From: Antedon mediterranea
Lineage: Eukaryota; Animalia; Echinodermata
Direction of reading: 5' to 3'
Assembly: GCF_964355755.1 (NCBI RefSeq)
Contig: NC_092679.1
Span: forward strand, 16,785,432 to 16,849,431
DNA length: 64,000 bases
Shown: piece by piece, positions 12,273-25,080 of the stretch
Layout of the letters: the number at the start of each line of letters is the position of its first letter
Numbering within the stretch: the first letter of the stretch is position 1
Notes under the pieces: generated by a model
Told to the model about the DNA's origin: nothing
Seen by the model: the letters and a program-made list of their open reading frames with translations, nothing else
The model's database searches: none
Program-made: the position numbers and the translations under genes

Positions 12273-14221
12273 AACTGTACTGTAGGTGGTTCAGGTTTTT
12301 TTTCTCTGTGTAGGATGATGTAATATAAAGGAGGCCCTCTATTGTCTCTGTTTCAACAATCACTAATAAATGCAGTTCATAAAAATTGGATGTTAATTTC
12401 AAGGTTTTTTAAAATTAATTATTCTACTCTCAAATTAATTGTCAATTTAATTAAGTCTTGCTAAAATCAAAATCAAGAATAAGTTAATTAATAAAGAGCC
12501 TGTTTAGGAGGAGAATATAGCTTTAATACTACAGTATTATTTTTAAGCACGTTTTTCCTTGCCAACAGAAATGAGTCCAAAAAAAAAAAGCTATCTTAAA
12601 ACGACCTCTATAGATTGTTGAACTGAAAACATTCATACAGTAGTTTGCTTCCGCAAATGAACTGTGTTGTTATTGTGGTAGTAACAATTCTCTATATTTT
12701 TTTATTATAAATAGCTGCTACCAAAACCAGTTTTGAGGAAAACACTTCTTGTAAGATTTTTTTAATAGAATGAAAATTGAGCCAAAGAGTAAAATAACTT
12801 TTAATAAATAATAATAATATAATAATAATAAAATAGTATTTAGTTTTACTTACTTCAATTTTACACAACCACTTACCATACCATATTTATTCAAATATTG
12901 TAAACAACCACTTTACTGTACCGTATTTATTCAAATAAACGCCACCCTTTGAATAAACGCCTCCCTCAAATAAATGTCCCGGGGCCCTTATTTATTTCCT
13001 CGAATAAATACCCTGCCACATGCATGCATATACATACAAAACACATTACAATTTTTACTGTATTTTATCATGTCTCGATACTAATTATGTTGTATTTTTT
13101 TTATATCTAGGGGTTATTTATTTGATTATATTACATAGCCTATGTAAATACGCGAACGTGATTGGTTGAAACTGCATCACATGACTACCGCTGCGAGGAT
13201 CGTAAATCGTATATATCCTCGAGAACGATGATATTGACTGTGTAATTTTCGCGTAATTATCGTGTCCCCTGTCATTAAACATAAACATTCTCGAGTTCGA
13301 TGATATTGACTGTGTAATTTTCGTGTGGCAACACTCGCGTTTGCCGTTAAATAAACAAAAGTCATCTACTCGATCTTGAACTCGGGTGGAATTGTCACTC
13401 CATCACAAGACAACGCTTCAACCGCTGCGCCACGGAAGTTGCTTGAAGAAATTAATCTTCTAAACTATTTAATTTAAGCTATGCATACATAGCGCCCTCA
13501 TTTGTTATTAGTCCACCCTAAATGTGATGAAACACATTTTGTGATTGGTCAATACTCACGGTAGTAACCTAGTAACTAGTACGCGCTGAACATCCGGTGA
13601 TTCGGCTCCTCGAAGAGAAGAAGACGAATTGTTTAGTCTATATCGTGCCTAGCTTACCTGTATAAACTGACAATAGCCCGTGCTCTCCAGAGGGAGGGCT
13701 TAGATACGAAAGTGAAAAGTTCCTAGAACACCCCTGCATTATAATGGACCCGTCCGCAACCACACCCTCATGTGGGAACGTACCAACGTACCACCGTCAT
13801 CATTTTCTTTCGTAACGTGAGAGCGTTACGTCGTATGATACCAAGTGTTAGGATTGTACACTGTACATACTATACAAAGAGTTCTATTACGCTGATTACT
13901 AGTTGACTTGGCCAGGATATTGAGTGTATTCCCACGGCCTGTTGCAGTACCAGCAGTTGATATTGTTCATATATCGTTGATCCGTTTTAAGTCGGGGTCT
14001 TCCTTAGATATAAGGAAGATTAAAAAGGAGAAAACAACACCCACTTCGTTGGATTTTAGGCCGGAACGGCCACGCTACCGGAAGACAAAGGAAAAGCAAT
14101 TTGCATTGCCACCTGGACTGCCTCAGCTGAGGCGTGGACGCACTGTTGCGTGAAACAACAACAAAGCCGTCGTCAGGTTGTATTGTTCTTTATCTTGCTA
14201 GGTTGCGTTCTGTGCCCGGAT

Positions 14222-15597
14222 ATGCCTAAGTCTGAATGTTGGCAATGCAGGGGCCAGCGTGCGACAGTCAAGTGGGACCGCCACTTGCTGTGCATTCACT
14301 GCCGCACCTGTAGCCAGGAGTCGCCGTTGGGGCGTGCGCGGGTGGTAGACCCCGCACCCGTGGAGGTTTAGGTGGAGCCCCCGGCCCCGCTAGTAGAAGA
14401 GACCGCGCGCTTGCAACGGCCGCTGCGCCTCCACCGCAGAGTGGTACGCAGGACGATGGTTTGTTCCCACCCGTACTGGAGGCCATCGCAGCAGCGGTGC
14501 GAGCTCTACCGAGGGAGGTTGTGCCCTCGGCATCCTCGCTTAATTATCCTCCTGTGCCAGTTCTGCCTCCGCAGTACTTTCAAGGTCGAGGGACGCACCC
14601 ATCGCCGGATGTCGGTGGGTACGACAGTGACAGGACCATGACCTCGCTGCCTAGTGAGGATCGCTCCGAGGTTGCACAGGGTGGAGACGGTTTGCAGGCT
14701 CTTGTCAATCGTGTGGTTCCTGCTGTACTTTCGTGCATTTGAGTAGAGTACGCCTATGACGCGCCGACGCCCGCGCCGGCTTCGAAGAGGTACTCTACCT
14801 TTGGAGTGCGTGCTCCATTGAAGCGGGTCACGACTTGTCCAGTTGCGCCGCTGGATCCCGAACTTGTCGCTAGGGTAGAGGCTATAGCGAAGGAGCCTAA
14901 AACCCGTAGAGCTGCATCTCAAGATCTCGCAGCAGCCTTCCCGCTTCCGCAGGACCAGTTTTCAACGCTATATATCGGCACCACCGATCCCGGATGCAGC
15001 GAAAGAAGCGTGCGCGCGAGGATAGAGGTCTCGACGCCAACGGCAGATTTCTGTCTCCTTCGGCCGCCAGAACTGAGGAGGCGCTAATCGCGGTCGACCG
15101 TGGCGCACGCGAGACGTTACGAACGGTCTCGATGTCGGGCTACCTTCTGTCATTCCTCGCGGATCCGGACCATCCACGGCACCTTGACGCGGACGTGATC
15201 TGCTTGCTTCAGCAGTTTACGGGCCTGGTCGCGGACCAACAAGTGACAATTTCAATGACCTCGGCCGCCGTGCGGAGGGTCAATTGACCGCTTCACAACT
15301 AGCGAGTCGTTCGGTGCTGTGGATCTCTTCTACGGTAATTTCGCCGAGAAGAAAAATAAGTGGGCTCGCGAGCGAGAGGCACGTCGCGAGACGAGATCAC
15401 GCAAAACGCCTCCAGCCCCACTGCCGGTGGTGCCATCGATCTCACAACCGCCGCCGTCGGTCCGTAATCAGTCTGAGGTTGGGCAGACTCCTGGGCCGTC
15501 GCGACCCCGTAATTCCCGCCCCGCTCGTGGCGGTAAGCCGGGTAGGAGAGCACGTCGGGACCGCGGTTCGCGACGTGGTGACCGCAGGTGCCGGTAA
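14222..15597 (+). pseudogene. DIRS gag-like ORF1, interrupted
   Basis: MPKSECWQC...DRHLLCIHCRTC Cys/His cluster typical of DIRS gag N-termini; stops and frameshifts; Arg-rich C-terminus overlapping the RT frame. Confidence 0.65.
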
Positions 15598-15631
15598 CGT
15601 GCAGGCGAGGTCCGTGCCGTCCGGGGCCGGA

Positions 15632-16619
15632 CCAGTGGGAGGTCGTCTCCTACGGTTCGTCCGAGAGTTGGAGTAGCTGATGGTAGACAGCTGGATTTTC
15701 TCCACACTTAGCTACGGCTACCGCATAGAATTTACGAGCCCTCCAGTGTGTGGAGGTCCTCGTCCGACCACAATCCCCAAAGATCCAATAAAGCAACGAG
15801 TGCTTATGGACGGGATTGCCGCGCTGCTCCAAAAAGGAGCCGTAGTAAGGGTCGAAGCACATCATGCGGGCTCGGGCCACGAATCAACCGTATTCTTAAC
15901 CAAGAAGTCCTCGGGGGACTGGCGACCCATTATAAATCTAAGACGTCTGAACAAACGATTTATTCGGCCCCGCAGGTTTCGGATGGAGACAGTCTCATCG
16001 ATCCTGTTAGGGCTAAGACGAGGAGACTGGGCCGCATCGACAGATTTAAAAGATGTGTACTTTCACGTACCAATCGCAAAAGAAGACCAACGTTGGTTGC
16101 GGTTTCGAATCAACAATTGTCTTCACCAGTTCGTCGCGATGTCGTTCGGCCTATCAACGGCTCCGCGCGTGTTCACGCGCACAGTTCGAGCGCTCGGTGC
16201 GTTCTTTCACAAGCACGGCATTCGCATATTCATGTATCTAGACGACTGGTTAATCGTGGCTCAGTCCAAGGACCGGCTGGTGAGCAGTCTCAATTGCGTC
16301 CTTCTCGTAACGGAACGCGTAGGGTTCATAGTGAACCGGGAAAAGTCGTGCCTGGTGCCGACTCAGCATCCCATGTATCTCGGAGCGCAGATAGATCTCG
16401 TGTCGGGCAGAGTGTGCCCCTCACAGAAACGAGTAACCTAAGCCCTTGCTGCTATACAAGGCCTGATTACCGCTTCCGCTCCGACAGCATACGACTGGCT
16501 GAGAACGCTAGGTTTCCTAGCCAGCTTTGTAGTTCTAGTTCCGTTTTGTCGGCTACGGATGCAGCCGCTGTAGTTCATCTGTTAGCCTTCTACCGGCCAG
16601 GTTCAGACTCATTAGACAA
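15632..16619 (+). pseudogene. DIRS reverse transcriptase
   Basis: PVGGRLLRF..GYRIEF..WRPIINLRRLN..DLKDVYFHVPI..FGLSTAPRVFT..YLDDWL; in-frame TAG at 15674 and frameshifts near 16440 and 16620. Confidence 0.95.
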
Positions 16620-17615
16620 GTGGTCCCGATGTCGGCGTTCATTGTAACGCACCTCCAATGGTGGCTAACGGACGGCCGATTGTTAGTGGGCAGATCAATT
16701 CAGAGATCAATTCCGGACACCCGAATAGAAACGGACGCGTCCGAAGCGGGTTGGGGCGGTTGCTCCAACCAAAGTCACGTCTCCGGCGTTTGGAGTGCCG
16801 AGGAGGCGTTAGCCCACATCAATCTCTTAGAACTTTGGGCAGTAGACCGAACGTTGAAAGCGCTACTTCCAAACATAAAAAATTCACACGTCCATGTCTG
16901 CTCGGACAACACAACCGTGGTCGCGTACATCAACCGACAAGGAGGCACGAAGTCTCCGACTCTTTGCTACCACACATGGACGCTCATACACTGGTGCATC
17001 GCGCACAGAATAACGCTGACTGCATCGCATATTCCGGGCAGCCACAACGTAGTCGCGGACACGCTGTCCCGACTCGCTTTACGCCCGACCGAATGGCGTC
17101 TGTTGCCGAGCATAGCCACCCAAGTATTCGACCACTTCGGACGGCCGCACATAGACCTGTTTGCGACGTCAGAGAACACGCAGCTCCCGACGTTCTGCAG
17201 TCGATTCCGGGATGCACGTGCGTGGGCGGTGGATGCCCTGTCCATGTCATGGGACGGTTTATGGGCGTACGCGTTCCCGCCAATATCGATCATACCAATA
17301 GTTCTGACTCACATTCAGCGCTTCCGATGCCGAGTTCTGTTGATCGCACCGTTCTGGCCTCGACAAGCGTGGTATCCGCTTCTTGCCAGTCTTCTTTACG
17401 ATCACCCGCTGCGTCTTCCGGTCCGCGCGGATCTACTGACGCAAAATCGTGCGAGGTTCTCGACGATCAATCTACAATCCCTGAACCTGACTGTTTGGCC
17501 ATGGTCAGGGATCAGCTCAGAGACTCGGGCATATCATCTGGAAGAGAGTCGACTCTCACTGTCTACAACAGCCGTCTACGACACTTCTTTCGCTGGTGCG
17601 GACAAGATAACATAG
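16620..17615 (+). pseudogene. DIRS RNase H plus phage-like DNA adenine methyltransferase domain
   Basis: TDASEAGWG, HINLLEL, SDNTTVVAYINRQGG, HIPGSHNVVADTLSR (RNase H); IDLFATSEN...DALSMSW...YAFPP...PFWPRQAWY (MT domain, ~17148-17400). Confidence 0.93.
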
Positions 17616-18445
17616 ACCATAAGGCGATATCCTTGGGTCAGATCTGCGCTTTTCTGCATTACCTGTACGAATCAGGCTTGCAAGTGCGCACGGTGTCAGG
17701 CTACCGGTCAGCGATTGCGGCCATTACGCCGCCATTCAAGGATGGCTCGACGGTTTTCAACTTCCGCAGTAATCACGCAGTTGTTACGCGGTATGTTCAG
17801 AGAGCGACCTCCGTCTAAGGTCTTAGTTCCACGTTGGGACGTTAACGTCATTCTATCCGCACTCACTCGCCCGCCATTTGAGCCAATGAGCAAGGCTTCA
17901 TTATATAATCTCTCGCTTAAGACAGCGTTTCTGGTGGCGTTGTCCTCATGTAAACGCTGAGGCGAGCTACATGCGCTCACGCTAGAGCCAGGCCATATAC
18001 GATTTGAGCGTGGTGGAGTCCGGTTATTATTCAGGAAGGACTTTCTGGCCAAGTCCCAGACGTTAAATTTTTCGCCGGCTGTGTTCGTTCCATCAATGTC
18101 CGCATTCTCGGGGGTAGTAGAGGACACATCCTGGTGCCCGGTAAGAGCACTCAAATTCTACATCCACCGTACAGAGACGTTGCGAGAGGGTATATCTCAC
18201 TTATTCGTCACATCGGTGCCCCCGTATCGGCCGGCCGCAAAATCCATGATTGCAACTGGGTCGTGGCAGCGACTCGGGCCGCTTATGAATCGTCCAGCAC
18301 TTCGCGTTGTACGCTGGCGGTTCTATATCAGACATTATGACAGCGGCATGGTGGCGGACACAGTCTACGTTTGCTGAGCATTATTTAAGGGACATTTCTG
18401 CAACCATGGCGCCAGTAGCAGCAGCGGTGCTAAAGCCTAGGTTAT
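17500..18445 (+). pseudogene. DIRS tyrosine recombinase (inactive)
   Basis: LKTAFLVALSSCKR*GELHAL (TGA at 17958), FLAKSQ, CPVRALKFY, AAWWRTQSTFAEHYLRD; the HxxR segment appears deleted near 18298. Confidence 0.9.
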
Positions 18446-19988
18446 AGGTATGTACACCTCACTTGCTCTGCTCTTTGTTAACTTACTCCCACCGCCGACT
18501 AGTTCTAGTCCGGTGCTAATCTGGCTATTGTCGGTTTATACAGGTAAGCTAGGCACGATATAGACTACACAAACCAGTAGTGGTGTTAGTAGTCTATGAG
18601 TGCTAGCTTACCTGTATAAACTCCCTCCCGCCGTCCCCGCAGTCAAGTACGCGGAAAATGATGACGGTACGTTGGTACGTTCCCACATGAGGGTGTGGTT
18701 GCGGACGGGTCCATTATAATGCAGGGGTGTTCTAGGAACTTTTCACTTTCGTATCTAAGCCCTCCCTCTGGAGAGCACGGGCTATTGTCAGTTTATACAG
18801 GTAAGCTAGCACTCATAGACTACTAACACCACTACTGGTTTGTGTATTCGGCCTACCTGATTATAATATTATTATTAATAGGCTTATTGATGGAAATTCT
18901 CCTGTTAATTTAAACGACCTAGGCCTAAGTGAATATTTTATTGCCAAGGAATCATTAATTAGTAATTATCTGTATATTATTCTTCGCAAGGTAAGGTGTC
19001 TAGGCAGGCTTGTTTAAATACAATACAAATACTACAGGAGGCCTAGCCTAGCTTCACCCAACCCACCAGCAGACTTGTTCTTGGCTATATAATATAACAG
19101 ATATTGCCTTTTATATCGGTTAAATATAAGATTTGACATCCCCTCGGGAATGATATTAAGTTCTCGGGGAATATATATTTCCTCGAACTTAATATCATTC
19201 CCTCGGGGATGTCAAATCTTATATTTAACCTCTAAACAGTCAATATCTGTATAATACATGTTACCTTTATTACACCCAAAAAAATAAACGCCTCCTCTAA
19301 ATAAATGCCTCCCTCGAATAAAAACTCCTCCCTAAAAACCCATCTGAACAATAAACGCCCCAAGGCATTTTATTCAAATAAATGGTAATCTTGCAATTAT
19401 ATTCTTGCGATACTATTTAACATAAACTGCTCTTCTAGCATTAGCAACAGAATAATGTAACGTTGAGTACTGTTCCAATCATAAATAATGTAAATTGATA
19501 TTATTAAATAAGAAATTATTATAGATCTGAAAAAGTAATTATTAAAATGCAATGCATTTAATGCTTGAGAGTTCATTAGAAACGGAGTTGGCACAGATTA
19601 TTCTGTTCTACACACTGTAGTCCAGGTTTAACTTGTTTGTTTAAAAGTGAACAAACATTGCTTTTGTTTAAAATTAATTTATTACAATCATGGTCGACTT
19701 AAATGGCTACCTGATTTTGGTTACGGAGACTCCAGATAAAAAGATGAAGTTGTTTGGTAAGTTGTGACACTTTAACAGGGCTACTGTACCGTAAGTCTCT
19801 AACTAACAATTGTGGTTTTGTTTTCTGAAAGCGCTCCTGTCAGGCTTACAGTACAGTAAATTCCATTGGATTTAATTAAACAATTTGAGTTCTACTCCCG
19901 GTGTTCTACTGTACTCCACCGTTGGTAGTACCATCAACATTCTAGCCAACTAATATAGTAAATTGATACTTACTGTAATAATATAAAG

Positions 19989-20311
19989 CAAAGAACTTAT
20001 AACACAAGAATCTCCTGTTCGTCCGAAGCTAGTAACAATTTCGAAAGGCATTGTGGGATAGAATAGAGCTATGGGTGGCGCCATTGTGAGCCATGGAGTA
20101 GGGCGCCCGCATCAAATTAGAAAGTCAAAATCATAGAGGGGATCTGCTAATACTCTAGTGGGGTAGAGTAATTGACTTCCTAGTTTGGAGGGGGCGCTGC
20201 TCCATGCTGTGAAATGGCGTCGCCCAGTTTGACCTTTTAACCCTGTACTTCCGATACTGTGTTTTGAATGCAAATTGAAGAACAGGAGATTCTTGTGTTA
20301 TAAGTTCTTTG
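19989..20311. mobile_element. P-element-like MITE
   Basis: Perfect 32-bp TIR CAAAGAACTTATAACACAAGAATCTCCTGTTC; 7-bp TSD TATAAAG (19982-19988, 20312-20318). Confidence 0.85.
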
Positions 20312-21021
20312 TATAAAGTGTAAGAGATTAGACTAGCACCAGGCTAAATTAAATAACGGTAACACTAACAGCAAAATTTAGTTTATAGTTTAGTCTACAA
20401 TTTATAAAAAAAAAGCAAAATTATGATGTTATCTTAATACTTTTACTAGTTAGTTTGATTAAGATGTTAAAGTAATCTAATCTTACTGTACACCCCACTG
20501 CGAGCATACTGTATTGTGTCATCACTGACATTAGGTCAGGTAAATCGAACATGGCAGTCATTGTATTGTGCACTGAACTGTTTCGTTTGGTTCTTGGTTC
20601 GAATCCCATAACCTGAATGTTCCAACTGACAAGAGTAGAATACATAATACTATTGGCTTTCAGTTCTCTCCAATGAGAGATTTATTCAGTATATATACGG
20701 GCCACCAGCCCCTATCTCATTGGACAGAACTGAAAGATAATACTAAATTAGTGAACTGTCTGTCCAATCATGAAGTGGTGCAATGTACAGTATACAATAC
20801 GGCTCATGTACATGTTAAAATTACAGAGTGTATTGTAGTCTTCTTGTCTCATAGTTTGTTGCTTGCTGTAAGTTACGGGCTCTAATTGACTAACAGTATA
20901 CCAACTAAATTCATTCTTTCTCAGAAATCATTTTGTATGAAAATTACTTTTCAGAAGACCTTATAGTAACTGTACTTGCATCACCTCCTTTTCATACAGC
21001 TGATCACTTTCATTTTTACAG

Positions 21022-21131
21022 GTTCCCCGGCAGAGCGAGCTGGTTTGGAGCTTGGTGACGAAATAATCACTGTTAATGGAGAATCTCTGGAAAATGCTAC
21101 CCATCATCAAGTTATTGATTTCATTCATAAG
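21022..21131 (+). CDS. MPP5: MAGUK exon 3, N-terminal PDZ (second half)
   Basis: GSPAERAGLELGDEIITVNGESLENATHHQVIDFIHK; phase 1 in, phase 0 out; TTTTTACAG acceptor, GTAAAA donor. Confidence 0.85.
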
Positions 21132-21314
21132 GTAAAAAATTAATAGTTTTGGTTATTTATTATTTAGGGAATATTCAAACTCATTTACATATTGTAGTAC
21201 TACTGTTATACTTCTACTCCAATGATGCTGAGGAAGTAAACTAAAGATTTTGTTGATAGAGTATTAGGAAGGTTCTTTAGGAAACATGAAAATGTATCTT
21301 AACAAACACATTAA

Positions 21315-21621
21315 AGATGTATTGTGATCCAAAACATTTAAAAAAAGGAAGATTAATAAAATCGAATTTTAAATAAGCCATTTTGTAGTTTTAATAAAGT
21401 TAATCACTTCCGCAGACAAAAAAAATGGTGAAAGATAATGTTTTTACTTATAAAAAGACAAAACAAATTCAAAAACCCATTAAATTTGACTATTTTTTTC
21501 TTTAAATTACAGTTTTTTTAATAGGTACATTTTTTTTTTCTAATCCAATCTTGGATCAATTTTTATGTAACATCAAAATGGCATATTAAAAATGTTCAAC
21601 AAATATGTTATCAATATATCT
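21315..21621. mobile_element. Kolobok-like MITE
   Basis: TTAA|AGATGTATTG...CAATATATCT|TTAA; same family as 38856-39860 and ~41395-41736. Confidence 0.65.
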
Positions 21622-22089
21622 TTAAAAAATAAAGATGTGTTTGTTTTTAAAAATGCTTATCCAATAATTGGTGATGGTTGTAAAGTAGTTCTATTATCAG
21701 GGAGTTGTTTACTTTCAAAGTAAAAACCTCAGAGTTGATTAAATGTATAGTTGCCAGAAATGAGTTCTGTTATAATGGTGTTTTCACCGTTTTATTCAGT
21801 GAAAACAAGCCATTAAAACTGAACTGAATGGTTTAAAATACAGTACAATCATTATAAAGACTTTAAATACAGTAATATTCTGTGGTTAAAGTGCACTATA
21901 AGTAGGTTCAACCAATTTGATGTGTTCCAGTACAGTAATTGTGTTATTTATTTTTACATCTAATTTTTTAGAAACTACTGTACAAACAAATTATTATGTC
22001 ATATAGTAATGCATTATTTACAGTCACAGTACTGATTTATGCGCAAAATTCCCTTTTTTAGTTATTTTTTTTGTTGGAACCGTAATTAC

Positions 22090-22414
22090 GTAGCCATAAC
22101 ATCGGCAAGGGTTCGAGGCTCACTCGTTCCATGGCTCTGGTGGTAGAACGAGTCTTCTCGGATAAGGACTATAAACCGTAGGTCCAGTGTACACATAGCT
22201 CATGTGGACTTTAAAGAACCTAGTAGTTCCTAATAGTACATCTTTCGAGACGAGTAGGGGGTTACCCCGGTGTACTAGTCCACACAAACACAGCCACTGT
22301 CACACACAGAAAGTGTGCAATTGGGACTGGACCGTTTTAGAGGTGTTTACCACCTGTTGGTCCAGATCCTTCACTAACAGTGTTAGTGAGAAGTTGAATA
22401 AATTAAAAAAAAAA
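22090..22414 (+). mobile_element. SINE with Deu/Nin-domain-like core
   Basis: GGTTCGAG B-box-like head; CTCGGATAAGGACTATAAACCGTAGGTCC...TAAAGAACC...GAGTAGGGGGTTACCCCGG core; AATAAA and A-tail; second copy at 38180-38440. Confidence 0.7.
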
Positions 22415-23091
22415 TCAAAAATACATATTTTTTTTAATTTAGCTATTTGTAAATATGTTGCTAACCTTTACTGCATAGCATTAAAAATGTATTAAAGTGT
22501 TATAAAAACCATTATTTTGTTGGTTTTTTCGAGGATGTTTCGTAAGATGACTCATACATGATTTGAACCAAGGTGTTATGGTTGTAGTGCCAAGTGTTAT
22601 TCTATTTAGTAACCTCAAATGAGCTAATTAGCAAGTCCTATTGACTTTATCTTAATTGCTAATTGGATGTTTGTTCAAGTAAGAAGAGCGAGAGTTATAA
22701 TTAATGATGCCTAATTAAACTACAGAATGATAATAATGATTGTAAAGGCATAGAGTACAGTGCTATCAATAATCGCCACTATTATCACCCAATCAATGAT
22801 GATGGAACTGACCTGTACTCTGGTGAATGATGATAGGCTATTGTGTGAGTTATATAACCCAGAAACAAGTACTCTAGTAGTAATACTTTGTAACGTTTAC
22901 ATTTTTCATCCCAATGGAAATAAGCCAATAAGCTTTTTAGGCTATCCTGCTGGAAATCTTTTATAAATGTATTATTTGTAATGTCAGTAATTTATGTTAT
23001 CACTTTGTATGCATTTTTTTTATGATGATTTATTTATTTATAAATTCAAATCAAATCAAATCAATAGTACATTGGTACACTGATGAAAGAC

Positions 23092-23254
23092 AGCTCTGTG
23101 TACACTGATCCAACTTTATGTGACCAAAAAATGTGATGTGCCCATATATGGACATGATGATGTCATATCACTACCATATCTGGGCATATCATCACCATAT
23201 TTGGGCACATCACACTTTTGTTTGTCAAACTAGTTTAATAGTATGTACAGAGCT
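23092..23254. mobile_element. Harbinger-like MITE family A
   Basis: AGCTCTGT..ACACT...GTACAGAGCT|TAA; six related copies in the window. Confidence 0.75.
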
Positions 23255-23728
23255 TAATGTTAGTCCGTCGGGACTAAACAGTGCCTTTAACTTACAATGT
23301 TTTTGATTAACTGTCTGACGTTATTTAGGTTATACTGTAACTACAGTAATGTACTACTGTAGACTGTAAATAAATTTTGTTGTTTTTAAAAATTTGATAT
23401 TTTATTTTAACTTTTTGAAATTGCATTGTTAAAGTACAGTAGGTTTGAGTAATTATACAGTACTTACAAAAAGATCTGATTACACTGTGTAATATTGATA
23501 GGGAAACCTTTGCTTTACTAACAATACATTAAATCAGGAAGAAAAGCCATATTTCAACTGTCATTGAAAAACTTAGATGTCAAAGGTCATTCAACTACTG
23601 CAGGTTTCAGTAAACTGCATGCAACGTTTTCTCTGCTTCTAATCTTACTGTACAGTAGCTACTCAAAGGATACCATACAATACATGTTTTCTCCATCTTG
23701 CTAACCATATAATATTATTTCTTTGTAG

Positions 23729-23789
23729 TGTGTAAAGACAAGGAATATTTGCCTGAGAGTTCGACGACAAGTTGGATTAGAACTAGAAG
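23729..23789 (+). CDS. MPP5: MAGUK exon 4, end of N-terminal PDZ
   Basis: CVKTRNICLRVRRQVGLELE (PDZ last beta strand L.V.R); TTTGTAG acceptor, GTAAGA donor; phase 0 in, phase 1 out. Confidence 0.75.
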
Positions 23790-24740
23790 GTAAGAAAAAC
23801 AATGATGATAATGTTTTTTTTATCCTATTTATTTATTTGTTGGTGTTCAGTCACTTGGCTATATTCATATAATAACACCCTTCCTACTTTACACACCTAC
23901 TATGTGTGTTTTCACAGACGTAGGTCAATCCTCTAAACTGAGCCGTTCATACTGGTTAACTGCCGTGTTATGAACAGAACCGTGTTGATGTAGCGTTTCG
24001 TATAAATGGGCCCTTATTTAAGTTGGGTGTCTTTCATTGTCTTTCTATACCTTACAGTAGCCATGAGAATTTAAGTGGTTTGGTGGTCATAAAATGACCA
24101 CGGGGTTGTCAAATGCCTCTTCCAAAAAGTGGTCAGGCTGAAACCAAGTTGGTGGCTACACCCTGCAACATTCACTGTTTTTTTAAATACAGAGGTTTTA
24201 ATTGCATTCAAAATTTAATGTTGAAGAAATGAATGTGGTATGGTGGATATACAGTTGCTGTAATTATAACATTAATTGATGTCTGAAACAATTAGGAAAA
24301 AATACATTACATTATAAAAGTAAAAGTTAATTTATATTGGTTAGTGTGTACACCGGTAAGAGTGTGCACTGGTAATATTAAAAATAGACCTAATATCAAC
24401 TTAATTAATAACACTTTATTATTAGATATTTAATTAAACACTTTTATTGTGGTTTACCAGTTTGTCTTTGATATAACTTTGTTGAAAGTCAAAATGACAA
24501 AGTTTAATGTATTTTTGAAGAGTGCTTTTAATGGTCATAGACATACTGTAACAAGGATGATGCCATCTGTTAATATTATCATAATAAAATAATATTAAAC
24601 TTGCTTGAAGTCTACTAAACTGTATCAGTGTAAATGATTAACCACCTTATAATAACACATGTTAAAACTATTTGAAACAAATGTAAAATCCATTACTAAA
24701 ACAAATATAATTGTAATTGAGGATATTATTTTGACAGAAT

Positions 24741-25080
24741 ATTATGCAATTATTGTAACCATGTTGTTTAAATATGAGTCATTTTAACATGTATGTAATC
24801 GACAAGAAACAAGAATTTATTAAATAGCACCTCTGTATATTACAATTACATCTACCTAAATAAACATCTTTATTCTTAGTTGGTACATACAAAAGAAACA
24901 TTATAGATATGGTGTATGTATTGGGTTATTATGCAATTTATTGTAACCATGCTGTTATGAGTCATTTTAACATTTGTATTAAAATTAATCGGCAAAAAAA
25001 CATTATCAAATAGTACCTCTGTATATTACATCTAACTATTAAAGTAAACATCTTTAATATTGTTATGTGGTACATACATA
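24741..25080. repeat. Diverged ~190-bp tandem duplication
   Basis: ATTATGCAATT..TTGTAACCATG...CCTCTGTATATTACA...TGGTACATACA present twice. Confidence 0.75.

Larger units (their letters stand above)
13634..18846 (+). mobile_element. Full-length DIRS1-like tyrosine-recombinase retrotransposon (decayed)
   Basis: Left ITR 13634-13807; right ITR 18654-18809 plus extension to 18846; internal complementary region 18523-18622 complementary to both outer ends; gag, RT, RNase H, MT and YR in DIRS order; no long TSD. Confidence 0.97.
13125..19255. mobile_element. Crypton-like non-autonomous element interrupted by DIRS
   Basis: GTGATTGGTT near one end and a ~150-nt near-perfect hairpin (19097-19250) at the other; ATTAT...ATAAT termini. 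Family assignment is inferred from structure. Confidence 0.5.
12921..19385. mobile_element. Tc2/pogo-like MITE split by nested insertions
   Basis: TA|CCGTATTTATTCAAATAAACGCC at left, degenerate ...TATTCAAATAAATGG|TA at right; AATAAACGCC sub-repeats on both sides. Confidence 0.6.

Noticed and set aside
14268-18154. Many overlapping minus-strand and alternate-frame ORFs in the GC-rich block
   Set aside because: Expected from high GC and DIRS overlapping-frame coding; no independent domains recognised.
23058-23285. CTGATGA as a hammerhead core
   Set aside because: No properly placed GAAA or stems; interrupted by a MITE.
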